This document shows positions 51,183-61,238 of a DNA stretch of 64,000 nucleotides, piece after piece. The stretch's first letter is position 1; every line of letters begins with the position of its first letter. This stretch comes from an uncultured Campylobacter sp. GTDB lineage: Bacteria > Campylobacterota > Campylobacteria > Campylobacterales > Campylobacteraceae. The notes beneath the pieces were generated by a model. It saw only the letters and a list, made by a program, of their open reading frames with translations, did no database searches and was not told the origin of the DNA. A program made the position numbers and the translations under genes. Location: assembly GCA_963515915.1 (NCBI GenBank), contig CAUPZQ010000007.1:180-64179 (forward strand), in the 5' to 3' direction.

Positions 51183-54095
51183 TTGAAAAATTTGCCCTCT
51201 AAAAATCTTTTTGTCTACACTAGCTCGCGTGCGCTACGCGCGGCGCTGCAAAACGAGAGCGGCGGCGTGTTGGCGCCCAGGATTACGTTGGCGGAATTCT
51301 ACGAAAAGGCGCTTTTTGTACCGGATCTTGTCGCTTGCGGCGAGATAGACCGCGCGCTTTTTATGAAGCAGGCGGTGAGCGAGAGCAAGCGCGCGGACGA
51401 AAGGCTTAAATTCCCTAGCGAGCTTTACGAGTTTATGCGCAACCGCGAGTATCTTTTCGGCTTTTTCAAGGAGCTTGCGACGGAGCGCGTAAGTATCGAT
51501 GCGCTCGATCTTAGCGACACCTATGCGTGGTATGCCGAGCATTTTGAAATTCTGCGAGAGCTAGCGGGGGCGTATGCAAGGATTTTGCGTGAGCATGGAT
51601 TTTACGACGAGATCACGCTGCCCGCGCTTTATGAGTTAAACGAATCCTATCTGCGCGGATTTGAGCGGATAGAAATCAACATCGACGGCAATCCTAGTAC
51701 ATTTGAGTTCGAGGTTTTTAAGCGCGCTGCGGAGCTGAGCGAGGTCGTACTGAGCTTTAGAGCCACGACTTTAAATTCCAAGCCCGTGCGCGCGGTGGAG
51801 GAGCTTTGCGGCATAAGCCTAGAGTTAGGTTTTGCATACCGCGTAAATCTTGGTACGGGTGAAATTCTAAGCCGCGAGCCGCTAAGCGTGGGCGGAGCGG
51901 TTGTGTGTAGAGGCTTTGAGTTGCGAAGCTTGCAGGCGAGCTATGTTTTTGAAAAAATTTCATCCTTCGTGCGCGCGGGCATCGCGCCGGAGCGCATCGC
52001 GGTAATTTTGCCCGACGAGAGCTTTGCCGGCACACTGCGGCTTTACGACGAGCGCATCGCAAGGGCTCGCGGTTCGCACCGCATGCTAAATTTTGCGATG
52101 GGAGAGAAGCTTAAAGATAGCCTATTTTACGTAACGCTAGAGAAAATTTCGCAGTGCTTAAAAGAAGCGCGCATGCCGAAATTTGGCGTAGATTACCACG
52201 CATTCAAAAGTCCGAATGGAGGATTTTTGGATACGGGGGATTCCGCGACACAGCAAAATTTAGCGCTAGGGAATTTCGCTTCTGATAATTCTGCATCGCA
52301 AAATTTAGCACAGCAAAATTCCCCGTTTGATTGCGAAATTTTTTCAAATTCTAAAATGGATTTAAATTTTATATCTGCGCGAGAGTTTGAAAATACGGCA
52401 AATTTTGAAATTCTGCACGAAATTTCGGCGGAACGCGCGGATAGCGCGGGAGAGCAAAGCTTTTCTTTGGATATTGCAGAGTTGCAAGAGTCCTTGGAGT
52501 GTGCGCAGCAGCCCGATTATTCGGTTAGCGCAAAACAGCAAGAGCTTTTAAAGCAGCGTCAAGAGAGCCTACGACACTCTATGCAGCGGGAGCATATAGA
52601 GCTTGAGGAAGAAGATAGGTATTCAAAAAGCCCTAAACAGCGCGATCGCTTTAGGCACTCTAAAATGCGCGAGGACGCAGATGAATATCCGCAGCGCCCA
52701 AACCCGCAGGAGCTTGATCTGTTTTTTGCGAGTGTGGGCGTGGATGAGGCACTTTTTGGTGAGTTCGCACGCGATTTTGCAAAGCAAGTAAGCTTTGAGC
52801 ATTTCGAGGCGCTAATTGCCAAGCTCGCCTGTTTACCCAAAATTAGCGACGCGCTGCTGCAAGAAAAGCTAAAAGAGCCGCTATATCTAATTAAAATTTT
52901 GCTTCGAAAATTTAAGGACGAAAACCTAAACTTAGGCAATCTGATCGATCTTTTTTTGCTAGAAATTTCGCGCATTAAGCTTGATGATGTTCGTGGCGGA
53001 AAGGTCACGGTAATGGGGCTTTTAGAGAGCCGCGGACTGCAATTTGACGGCGTGATAATCCCCGATTTTAACGATGATCTGGTGCCTAAGCGCAGTAGCG
53101 GAGAGATGTTTTTAAACTCCGCTTTGCGCGCTAGAGCAGGGCTCATCAGCCACGCAGACCGCGAAAATTTACAAAGATTTTACTACGACGGCTTGCTAAG
53201 AGGCGCTAAAAAAAGCGCGATTTGCTATCTGCAAAGCGTCGAGAAATTGCCTTCGCGGTTTTTGAAAAGCTTTGAAGTGCAACAAGACGCGGAATTTTCG
53301 CAGGAAGATTATTTGCGGCTTTTTGGGAGAGAGGAATTTAAGCCCGCCTTATGCGGACAAGAAGATCCCGTGGCTCGCCATGATTTTTTTGCCGAGGAGC
53401 TGTCGTTTTCGCGGTTGGATACGTTTTTAGAATGCAAGAGGAAGTATTATTACCGCTACGTTTTCGGGCTGAGGGAGGGGCTAAAATTCGGTGAGGACAA
53501 TGCGCTTTTGGGCAAAATTTTACATACGAGTTTTCAGCGTTTATACGAGCGAGCGGGGATGAAATTTAGCATGGAAAAATTTCGCCCTATTTATTCGCAG
53601 CTTGCGCGAGAAGCAGGGATTGCGCGCTTTGATGCGGAGCTTGAGCTAAAATCGGTAGAAAAGCTAGCTAGGCTTTTAGAAGAGCATGAGCAAATTTGGA
53701 GCTTTAGCGGTAGTGAAGTATCGCTAAAAGGCGAGCTTGACGGAGTGCGGCTGAGCGGGCGGATCGACCGCATCGACGAAGATAAGGCAGGGCGGAAGTT
53801 TATCATCGATTACAAACGTGGTTCAGCTAAAAAACATATGGAAAAATTCCAGCTTACGTTTTATCGCGCGCTTTTGGCTCAGGAGTGCGAATGCGCCTAT
53901 CTATCGCTAAAAGACTGCGCGTTTGCAGCTCCTGGCGACAAAACGCCTAGCTTAGAAAACCTACGCGAGACGCTAAACTCTATCGGCAAGGAATTTGCAA
54001 GCGAGGTTGCTTTTACACGCACGGAAGCGGTGCAAAGCTGCGAATACTGCGATTATAAAATCATTTGCAAGGGGCAGATTGATGGCAAAATTTGA
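51183..54095 (+). CDS. addB: AddB-type helicase-nuclease subunit (PD-(D/E)xK nuclease with a C-terminal Cys cluster), carrying a ~170-aa internal insert
   Basis: The C-terminal nuclease block is GRIDRIDED..FIIDYKRG, and Cys residues (CKRKYYYRY ... CEYCDYKIIC) resemble the AddB Fe-S/nuclease domain. It overlaps the addA start. The start is uncertain: TTG at 51183 with an AAAGGA RBS, or TTG at 51129 as in the ORF track. Confidence 0.75.
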   Translation: MKNLPSKNLFVYTSSRALRAALQNESGGVLAPRITLAEFYEKALFVPDLVACGEIDRALFMKQAVSESKRADERLKFPSELYEFMRNREYLFGFFKELATERVSIDALDLSDTYAWYAEHFEILRELAGAYARILREHGFYDEITLPALYELNESYLRGFERIEINIDGNPSTFEFEVFKRAAELSEVVLSFRATTLNSKPVRAVEELCGISLELGFAYRVNLGTGEILSREPLSVGGAVVCRGFELRSLQASYVFEKISSFVRAGIAPERIAVILPDESFAGTLRLYDERIARARGSHRMLNFAMGEKLKDSLFYVTLEKISQCLKEARMPKFGVDYHAFKSPNGGFLDTGDSATQQNLALGNFASDNSASQNLAQQNSPFDCEIFSNSKMDLNFISAREFENTANFEILHEISAERADSAGEQSFSLDIAELQESLECAQQPDYSVSAKQQELLKQRQESLRHSMQREHIELEEEDRYSKSPKQRDRFRHSKMREDADEYPQRPNPQELDLFFASVGVDEALFGEFARDFAKQVSFEHFEALIAKLACLPKISDALLQEKLKEPLYLIKILLRKFKDENLNLGNLIDLFLLEISRIKLDDVRGGKVTVMGLLESRGLQFDGVIIPDFNDDLVPKRSSGEMFLNSALRARAGLISHADRENLQRFYYDGLLRGAKKSAICYLQSVEKLPSRFLKSFEVQQDAEFSQEDYLRLFGREEFKPALCGQEDPVARHDFFAEELSFSRLDTFLECKRKYYYRYVFGLREGLKFGEDNALLGKILHTSFQRLYERAGMKFSMEKFRPIYSQLAREAGIARFDAELELKSVEKLARLLEEHEQIWSFSGSEVSLKGELDGVRLSGRIDRIDEDKAGRKFIIDYKRGSAKKHMEKFQLTFYRALLAQECECAYLSLKDCAFAAPGDKTPSLENLRETLNSIGKEFASEVAFTRTEAVQSCEYCDYKIICKGQIDGKI

Positions 54096-57000
54096 AAATT
54101 ATCTGGCGCTTGAAGCAAGCGCAGGCAGCGGCAAGACCTTCAATCTCGCGGTCAGGTTCATCGAGCTGGTGCTAAAAGGCGAGCCGATCAACGAAATTTT
54201 AGCGCTTACCTTTACTAAAAAAGCGGCTGCTGAGATGAAAACGCGCATCGTGGAGAAATTTCAAAATTTGCTGCTTTTGCAGGATGGTTCGTTAAAGCCT
54301 AGCGCCGAGCTGCAGCAAATTTGCGAGGATCTAAATATGAGCGCGGATGAGGTTATGGCAGCGCAACAGCGCCTACTGCCTAAATTTTTAAGCGAGAGCC
54401 TAAACGTCTTTACCTTCGATGCGTTTTTTGCAAAGGCTCTGCGCTCGTTTGCGTTAAACAGCGGCATTGATCCAAGCTTTGAAAACGATGAAGGGATTTT
54501 AGGCGTGCAGCAGGCGGCGTTTTTAGGTGCGATTTGTAAAAACGAAGCGCTATTAAGAGAGGTCGTGGACTACGTAAGCGACTCAGGAATGACAAAGAGC
54601 GAGTTTTTAAATAGCTTGCAAAGCATTTGGAGAGGCGATATAAGCATAAATCCGCCCACGCTTCCCGCAAGCTCCGCGCTAGCAGAGATAAATGAAATTT
54701 TATCTCGCTTGCAAAAAGCGGCGAGAGATGCGGGCGTAAGCGCTGGAGCCGTAAATGGGCTAAGCCCTGTTAGTGATCTGTCAAAATTATCTTCTGGTTT
54801 CATTCTTTCGGCTCTTGCCAACGGCAGTTTCGATTATCCGCGCTCACAGCTTAAAAAAATTTCGCATCTTGACGGCGAGTTAGCAAAGCTAAAAGACGCC
54901 ATAGCTCGCGAAATAGCGTGGATGGATGCGATATATGCGGCTAAGCTGGCAGGACTAATTAGAATTTATGCCGAAGCGCTTAAATCGGTGCAGCGCAAAA
55001 GCGGCAAGCTCACGTTCGGCGATGTCACCGCAGCTGTGCACTCGCTGCTAAATCCAAACGCAGAGGCGTTACAGGGCAACCGCGAGCTTTTGTATTTCAG
55101 GCTCGATTCTAAAATCACGCATATTTTAATCGACGAATTCCAAGATACCGACATTTGCCAGTATGAAATCATGCTGCCGCTAATCTCTGAGGCGCTTGCT
55201 GGCAAAGGAGCGGAAGAGCGCTGCGGTAGCTTTTTTTACGTAGGCGATAAAAAACAGAGCATCTATAAATTTCGCGGCGCAGAGAGAAAAATTTTTGATA
55301 TTTTGCGCGAGCAGTTTAGCCAAATCAAAACGCAGAGTCTGCCGCGCAATTATCGTAGCTTAAAACTCATTGTAAAATTTGTAAATGAGATCTTGCGCGA
55401 TAAATTTGCGTCTTATGAAGATCAAATCGCGGCAAATAAGCTAGATGACGATCTGCCCGCTTCGGTGCTGCAAAAAATCAAGGATTATCCTCTTTCTCAT
55501 CCGCGAATGCCACTATTTGAGGTGCAAAGCGACGATTATGGCTACGTAGCAGCGTTTTCATACGACGACGTGCTAAAGGGGGCTGCGGAGCAAGCGCGCA
55601 GGCTTGTTGAGGAGTGCGGCGTGAGAGCTGATGATATCGCGATTTTATGCTGGAAAAACGAGCATGTAAGCGCGCTAAAAGAGATGCTATCGGAATTTTG
55701 CGAGGTGTGTAGCGGCTCAAATAAGGCTCTGCGTTGCAGCGAGCAGATAAATGCCGTAATTCAATACGCGAAATTCTGCGTAGGTGGCGATGAAATTTAT
55801 CTGCGAAATGCCGAAGCGATTTTGGGTAGGCAGCTTAAAAAGATAGCGGTCGATCTGCATAAAAATGCGCAAAAAACGGCAGAATTTATAGCTAGCTCGC
55901 TGAAATTAAATTTTGTCGATCCAGATCTGCTACTGTTTTTTGAGACGCTGGCAAAATTTAATAGTTTTAGCGAGTATCTGTTTGCAAACGACGAAACGGA
56001 GGTATTTGCCAAGGAACAAAGCGGCATTAAAATTATGACCGTGCATAAGTCCAAGGGGCTTCAGTTCCCGCACGTAATCGTCTGCGACCGCATCGGAGGA
56101 AAAGACCGGGGTGAGAGCTCAAAGCTCGCAACGGACTATGATTTTGCCACGCATAAGTGGAGAATTTTTTATAAATTTGCGAGCAGAAAGAGCCTGGATA
56201 CGGAATTTGCAGCATTAATGGATGAAAACGATCGCTCTGCGCATGAAGAGGATATAAACAAGCTCTACGTGGCATTTACCCGCGCCGAACGCTCACTCAT
56301 CATCGTAAAACGCTCCGAGGCAAAAATAGATCAATACAATTATAGCTTTTTTTCGCCTTACGCCAAAAAGACCAAGGGCGCGGGTGTCGTGAAGTGGCTG
56401 GATATCCCGGATTTTCAATACGGCTACATAATACCAAGCTCCGTAAAATCAGAAGAGCAGCCACCGCGCAAAAAGATCGCGCTCGTAGCGGGCGAGCCTC
56501 AAGGCGCGCAAGAAAAAGCAGGCGGCGGCGAAACGGAGGCGCTAAGCGCGATATATTTCGGCGAGGCGCTGCACTATGCTCTGGAGATGAGCGAAGGCTT
56601 TGGGCCGGATGAAATTTTGCGAGGAGTGAGCTTAGCAAGAGGTCGCTACGCTAAATTTTTAAATGACGCGGATTTTGAAAATATCGCGGCGCGGGCGCTA
56701 GGACTAAGCAAAAACGAGGAATTTTTAGCTCTGATAAAGGGCGCTTGGGCTTATAAAGAGATGCCGATAAAAAGCTCGGAGGAGGAACTTTTGCGCGTAG
56801 ATCTGGCATGCTTTAGGCAGGATGAAATTTTACTTTTTGACTACAAAAGCTCCGAAAAATACCTCGCGCAAAACAAAGCTCAAGTGGCGCGGTATAAAAG
56901 CGTGATCCGCGAGTTTTATCCGCATACGCGGGTGCGCGCCTTTGTGCTGGCTCTCGAAACTGCGGGCGCTAAGCTGATCGAAGTAAATGAGGAGGGATAA
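54082..57000 (+). CDS. addA: AddA/RecB-type UvrD-family helicase-nuclease
   Basis: Walker A ASAGSGKTF, DEFQDT (motif II), YVGDKKQSIYKFRGA, TVHKSKGLQF and a C-terminal nuclease-like LFDYKS. The ATG at 54082 is preferred over the ORF-track start at 53995. Confidence 0.85.
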   Translation: MAKFENYLALEASAGSGKTFNLAVRFIELVLKGEPINEILALTFTKKAAAEMKTRIVEKFQNLLLLQDGSLKPSAELQQICEDLNMSADEVMAAQQRLLPKFLSESLNVFTFDAFFAKALRSFALNSGIDPSFENDEGILGVQQAAFLGAICKNEALLREVVDYVSDSGMTKSEFLNSLQSIWRGDISINPPTLPASSALAEINEILSRLQKAARDAGVSAGAVNGLSPVSDLSKLSSGFILSALANGSFDYPRSQLKKISHLDGELAKLKDAIAREIAWMDAIYAAKLAGLIRIYAEALKSVQRKSGKLTFGDVTAAVHSLLNPNAEALQGNRELLYFRLDSKITHILIDEFQDTDICQYEIMLPLISEALAGKGAEERCGSFFYVGDKKQSIYKFRGAERKIFDILREQFSQIKTQSLPRNYRSLKLIVKFVNEILRDKFASYEDQIAANKLDDDLPASVLQKIKDYPLSHPRMPLFEVQSDDYGYVAAFSYDDVLKGAAEQARRLVEECGVRADDIAILCWKNEHVSALKEMLSEFCEVCSGSNKALRCSEQINAVIQYAKFCVGGDEIYLRNAEAILGRQLKKIAVDLHKNAQKTAEFIASSLKLNFVDPDLLLFFETLAKFNSFSEYLFANDETEVFAKEQSGIKIMTVHKSKGLQFPHVIVCDRIGGKDRGESSKLATDYDFATHKWRIFYKFASRKSLDTEFAALMDENDRSAHEEDINKLYVAFTRAERSLIIVKRSEAKIDQYNYSFFSPYAKKTKGAGVVKWLDIPDFQYGYIIPSSVKSEEQPPRKKIALVAGEPQGAQEKAGGGETEALSAIYFGEALHYALEMSEGFGPDEILRGVSLARGRYAKFLNDADFENIAARALGLSKNEEFLALIKGAWAYKEMPIKSSEEELLRVDLACFRQDEILLFDYKSSEKYLAQNKAQVARYKSVIREFYPHTRVRAFVLALETAGAKLIEVNEEG

Positions 57001-57079
57001 AATTTTAAAGCTTAGATGAAATTTGAACGTAGATAGATTAAAGACAGCTTAAATTAAGTTATACGTAAGGATATTTCTA

Positions 57080-57085
57080 TATAAT
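57080..57085 (+). promoter_or_regulatory. Candidate -10 box (TATAAT) for rplM-rpsI
   Basis: CTATATAAT lies 31 nt upstream of the rplM ATG. Confidence 0.35.
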
Positions 57086-57115
57086 CACAGCTCAAATTTT
57101 AATAAGGCGGAAACC

Positions 57116-57541
57116 ATGACAGAAATTACAAAGCCTAGCGAAGTTAAGCGCGACTGGGTCGTTATCGACGCGACCGACAAAAGATTCGGTAGGATGCTTA
57201 CCGAAGTTGCGGTATTGCTACGCGGCAAACACAAACCAAGCTACACTCCAAACGTGGATTGCGGAGATTACGTCGTTATCATCAACGCTTCAAAAGCCGT
57301 ATTTACCGGCAATAACAAGGGCGACGACAAGCTTTATCACAGCTACTCGGGCTATTTCGGAAGCGTAAAGAGTGTGAAATTTCAAGACCTGCTTAAAAAC
57401 AATCCGGCAAAACTCTACAGACTTGCGGTTCGCGGCATGCTTCCTAAAACGAAGCTCGGCAAGGCGATGATCAAAAAGCTATTCGTATATGAAGGCGGCG
57501 AGCACCCTCATACTGCGCAAACAACTAAAAAAGGAAAATAA
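57116..57541 (+). CDS. rplM: 50S ribosomal protein L13
   Basis: [44 protein letters not shown] is the L13 signature. Confidence 0.96.
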   Translation: MTEITKPSEVKRDWVVIDATDKRFGRMLTEVAVLLRGKHKPSYTPNVDCGDYVVIINASKAVFTGNNKGDDKLYHSYSGYFGSVKSVKFQDLLKNNPAKLYRLAVRGMLPKTKLGKAMIKKLFVYEGGEHPHTAQTTKKGK

Positions 57542-57543
57542 TC

Positions 57544-57933
57544 ATGGCGACAATTTATGCAACCGGAAAGAGAAAAACTGCCGTAGCTAAGGTTTGGGTA
57601 AAACCTGGAAGCGGCAAAATCGTAGTAAACGGCATGGATCTAAACACCTGGCTAGGCGGTCACGAAGCGATCAAACTAAGGGTTGTTCAGCCGCTTTTGG
57701 CGACTAAACAAGAGACCTCGATGGATATCACCGCGCAAACTTTAGGCGGCGGATATTCGGCTCAAGCGGATGCGCTAAAGCACGGAATTTCAAAAGCGCT
57801 TGCCGCGATGGACAAAGATTTTAGGGCGGCCCTTAAGCCAAAAGGTCTGCTAACTCGCGATAGCCGCGTGGTTGAGCGAAAGAAATTCGGTCGCCGCAAA
57901 GCGCGTAGAAGTCCGCAGTTCTCTAAGAGATAA
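57544..57933 (+). CDS. rpsI: 30S ribosomal protein S9
   Basis: [10 protein letters not shown]...GGG.SAQA.A..HGI..AL and the C-terminal ERKK.G..KARR..QFSKR are S9 signatures. Confidence 0.96.
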   Translation: MATIYATGKRKTAVAKVWVKPGSGKIVVNGMDLNTWLGGHEAIKLRVVQPLLATKQETSMDITAQTLGGGYSAQADALKHGISKALAAMDKDFRAALKPKGLLTRDSRVVERKKFGRRKARRSPQFSKR

Positions 57934-57938
57934 TGTTT

Positions 57939-57976
57939 TTTACAAATTTGTGACGAAATTGTCACGAATTTGTAAA
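57939..57976 (+). terminator. 16-bp hairpin after rpsI (terminator or operator)
   Basis: TTTACAAATTTGTGAC-gaaatt-GTCACGAATTTGTAAA has one T-G pair and is followed by TTCTTTAAAAATTTT. Confidence 0.5.
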
Positions 57977-58032
57977 TTCTTTAAAAATTTTATGGTAATA
58001 TCGAATTACAACTTTATTTGAAAGGATGTTTA

Positions 58033-59055
58033 ATGAAGAAAGTTCTACTTGCATTAAGCTTGTGTGCATCCGGCGCATTGTTCGCTAGCGATGCTGATTA
58101 TCACTGGGAGATCACCCCTACTATTGGTGGAATGACTCATGAGGGCAATATGGATTTGGATTCGAATTTTATGTTCGGCCTGCGTCTTGCCAAAAATTTA
58201 CAAGATTCGTTTATCGATCAAGTAGAGGTTGGTTTTGATTACTCTCGCAATATTGGCGTAGAGGATTTAGCTCACAGAGTAGGCAACGACAAGCCTGATG
58301 CTAAATACTATCACATCAATGCTGTAAAAGATTTGGTAAATTTCACCGATAATTTCAAATTATACGGCTTGCTAGGTCTTGGCTATATGGATTACACTAA
58401 AGACGTTTACAACGATGGCGATCAAGATAGCGGCTTCGGTCAATACGGCTTGGGTCTAAAATACTACATTACCGACAATTTCGCTACAAAACTTGAAGCA
58501 CGCGATGCTATCAGATTTGACGACGGCAACCACGTATTGTTCTATACTCTAGGCTTTGCAGTTGATTTTGGCAAGAGATATGCTGATGCAGCTCCAGCTG
58601 CCGCTCCGGCTCCTACAGGCTGCAAAGATGCAGATAATGACGGCGTATGCGATAATGTCGATAGATGCCCAGGCACACCTGCCGGCGTAGTTGTTGATGA
58701 ATACGGCTGCGAGAAGGTTATTAGATTAAATTTAGGCGTAAATTTCGCTACAGATAGCTCAAAAATTTCCCCTGAGTTTATGAACCAGATCAAAAACGTA
58801 AGCGACGTGCTAGTAGCCCACCCTGATTACAAAGTAATTCTAGAGGGTCACACCGATAGCACCGGCTCGAATGCATATAATCAAAAGCTTTCCGAGCGCA
58901 GAGCTGCTGCAGTTGGAGGTGCGCTTAAGAGCTTCGGCGTAGATGCTAGCAGAATCACCACTGTAGGATACGGCGAGACTAAGCCTATCGCTACAAACGC
59001 TACTAAAGCAGGCCGCGCTCAAAATAGACGCGTTGATGCTAAATTTAGAAAATAA
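58033..59055 (+). CDS. OmpA-family outer-membrane protein (beta-barrel, TSP3-like Asp-rich linker, OmpA_C peptidoglycan-binding domain)
   Basis: Signal peptide MKKVLLALSLCASGALFA, an N-terminal barrel-like alternating sequence, then DADNDGVCDNVDRCP. The C-terminal motif is GHTDSTGSNAYNQKLSERRAAAV...NRRV. Confidence 0.88.
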   Translation: MKKVLLALSLCASGALFASDADYHWEITPTIGGMTHEGNMDLDSNFMFGLRLAKNLQDSFIDQVEVGFDYSRNIGVEDLAHRVGNDKPDAKYYHINAVKDLVNFTDNFKLYGLLGLGYMDYTKDVYNDGDQDSGFGQYGLGLKYYITDNFATKLEARDAIRFDDGNHVLFYTLGFAVDFGKRYADAAPAAAPAPTGCKDADNDGVCDNVDRCPGTPAGVVVDEYGCEKVIRLNLGVNFATDSSKISPEFMNQIKNVSDVLVAHPDYKVILEGHTDSTGSNAYNQKLSERRAAAVGGALKSFGVDASRITTVGYGETKPIATNATKAGRAQNRRVDAKFRK

Positions 59056-59074
59056 TCTTTTCTAGATCCACATA

Positions 59075-59100
59075 AGCGGGGCTTCGGCTCCGCTTTTTTT
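59075..59100 (+). terminator. Rho-independent terminator after the OmpA-family gene
   Basis: AGCGGGGC-ttcg-GCTCCGCT followed by TTTTTTT. Confidence 0.85.
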
Positions 59101-59121
59101 ATATCCAAATTAAATTTTAAA

Positions 59122-60183
59122 ATGCCAAAATTCCAAACCACTCTGCTTTTTGATCTCGATGGTACGCTCATAGACTCCACGCCCGCGATACTGGACGGCT
59201 TTCACTACGCGTTTGCGCATTTGGGCGCTGCAGAGCCTAGCGACGAAGCGATTAAAAAGCTTATCGGGCATCCGTTAGGGGTAATGTTTGAGCGCCTTGG
59301 CGCGGCACGGGATGTGCAGAATTTCGTGCTCGCCTACAAACAGCGATACGCGCAGATATTTTTGGATCAGACCGTTTTGCTAGGTGGTGCGTTCGAGGCG
59401 GTTCGCGCGGCGAACAGGTTTGCAAATTTAGGCGTCGTAACCACTAAAACGTCGAAATTTTCTAAAATTTTATTACAGCATCTGGGTATCGCGGAATTTT
59501 TCGGCACCATTGTCGGGCGAGAGGACGTGCAAGATCCCAAACCAAGCGCCGAACCGATTTTAAAGGCCCTCGAAAATTTAGGAATTTGCGGCGCGACCGC
59601 TAGCAAGAGTTCAAATACAATTAGCAGTAAAGCTTGCTATGCTACTGCCGATAAAAATACAAGCGCTGCTAGCAGGAGCGCGATTTTGAATGAAATTTCA
59701 GCGCCTGATTTAAAGAGCCTTCTTGCGCTTGATCCTGATCCTAGCAAAGTTTACGAGCAAAATTTAAGCAGCATCGCGAGTCAAAATTCTGATAGAATTT
59801 CGTTTAAAAATTTAAGCGAAGTAAAGAGCGATAGACACGAGGCTGGCGATAAGAGCCGAAAGGACAATATCGGCACCGAGGAAGAGAGCGATAAAGGCGG
59901 AGCGCGCGGCAGTAAAATTTATAATGCGCATGAGCCAAATTTCACTCCTTGTTGTTATGACAAAATTTGCAGCGATAAAATCACGCCTTCTGTTAGCCAA
60001 AATATCTTTATGATAGGCGATACGTCGCTTGACGCCATCGCGGCAAAGTCAGCAGCGGTGCGAAGCGTGGGAGTGAGATGTGGCTACGGCAGTGCCGCGG
60101 AGCTGCAGGCATACTTCGAGTTCGTATGCGCGGACGCAAAAGAGGCGGTTGAGCTGATACGCGAAATTTTATCAAAATTTTAG
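59122..60183 (+). CDS. HAD-superfamily phosphatase (phosphoglycolate phosphatase-like) with a ~140-aa insert
   Basis: Motif I is LLFDLDGTLIDS, motif II is GVVTTKT, then K..P.P, and motif IV is MIGDTSLDAIAAKSA. The insert sits between ILKALENLGI and NIFMIGDT. Confidence 0.8.
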   Translation: MPKFQTTLLFDLDGTLIDSTPAILDGFHYAFAHLGAAEPSDEAIKKLIGHPLGVMFERLGAARDVQNFVLAYKQRYAQIFLDQTVLLGGAFEAVRAANRFANLGVVTTKTSKFSKILLQHLGIAEFFGTIVGREDVQDPKPSAEPILKALENLGICGATASKSSNTISSKACYATADKNTSAASRSAILNEISAPDLKSLLALDPDPSKVYEQNLSSIASQNSDRISFKNLSEVKSDRHEAGDKSRKDNIGTEEESDKGGARGSKIYNAHEPNFTPCCYDKICSDKITPSVSQNIFMIGDTSLDAIAAKSAAVRSVGVRCGYGSAAELQAYFEFVCADAKEAVELIREILSKF

Positions 60184-61164
60184 GTGCAATAAAGCGAATT
60201 TTTTCTAGCTTCGATGCGCTATTTTTGCGAATACTTAGAAGTGAACCCGCGCCCGAAATTTAAAATTTCCAATTAATTTTTGAGTTTTAAACAGCACGCG
60301 ATATGAATTTGCTCGTGCTATTTAGCTGGAAAGCAAGGCGCTTTCTAGGTTTTCAAACGATACGCGGAGTTAAATTTCGCACATTTCTGCTCTGGTCTAG
60401 CAAAATAGCCTGTGCTGAACTAACAATGTACGGGAATATTTCACTTTGTCCATAGTACTTGATCTGATTCGTTTAATGTTCGGTATTAGCAGCGTATGGG
60501 AAAATTTTGCTACTTCGAGTAATTGTGTTTTATTCACTTTCGGTTTGTATTAACACAATGTACTGGAAAATCTTGCCGTAGCCAAATTTTGCGCAATTTC
60601 GCAATATCTTTTGAGCTGCGAACGGCTTTTGCAAGAAATTTTATGCAAGTTTCGCGCTCAAATTTTGGCTTTGATTTTAGTTTAGACCCCATTTAGTAGC
60701 GATAAATTCTACGCTTCGCTTGAGGCAAGTATTTGGTAGGCTTTTTGTGCGTCTTATCGCAAGCCTATTTGACGCTTATTTAGGCGCCGTATTTGGGTTC
60801 AGTCGCAATTATGCTCGCTGCGGATTTTGGTGTGATTTATAGCATTTAAGGCTGTGCCCGCCCAGCGAGCACTAAACATATATGTTTTGAAGGCAGGCTT
60901 ATATGCTAAAATTTCATCCTGCGACAAATAGCTCGCGAAGGCGTAAATATAGGATAAACTAGCCAAATTTTAAAATTTAGCTCCGCGGCGAGCAGCCATA
61001 TTCTTTTATCGGAGCCTATGAAAGCAGCGTTAGCTTTTACGTTTTAATTTTATTGTTTAGGCGCAGCAGGGCTTTAAATTTAATTAAAATTTTGCAAAAT
61101 TTTAAAATTTCGCCCGCTCTTATGCTTTTTTAAAGCAAAATTCTATAAAATACTGCTTCCGCAA
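60184..61164. repeat. ORF-free ~1-kb tract upstream of tRNA-Gln containing a 66-bp-period motif
   Basis: No ORF of 60 aa or more. GTACGGGAATATTTCAC (60428), GTATGGGAAAATTTTGC (60494) and GTACTGGAAAATCTTGC (60560) are spaced exactly 66 bp apart. AAATTTTAAAATTT words lie at about 60967 and 61097. Confidence 0.65.
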
Positions 61165-61238
61165 TGGGCTATCGTCTAATGGCAGGACAACAAACTCTGG
61201 ATTTGTGAATATAGGTTCGACCCCTATTAGCCCATCCA
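61165..61238 (+). tRNA. tRNA-Gln (anticodon CUG)
   Basis: It folds by hand into a cloverleaf. Acceptor TGGGCTA/TAGCCCA, D stem GTCT/GGAC, anticodon stem ACAAA/TTTGT with loop CTCTGGA, T arm ATAGG-TTCGACC-CCTAT, discriminator T, and an encoded CCA. Confidence 0.92.

Noticed and set aside
52559-53146. 195-aa antisense ORF inside addB
   Set aside because: A Ser/Leu/Arg-rich mirror translation of a charged coding region, with no RBS. The addB frame is supported by C-terminal nuclease motifs and by coupling to addA.
60428-60580. CRISPR array (66-bp period would equal a 36-bp repeat plus a 30-bp spacer, as in Campylobacter type II-C)
   Set aside because: Only three clear copies exist. The conserved core is ~16 nt with mismatches, flanking repeat positions are about 50% identical, and there are no cas genes, tracrRNA-like anti-repeat or leader in the window. 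The 65-bp repeat pair at 49804/49869 is rejected as CRISPR for the same reasons.
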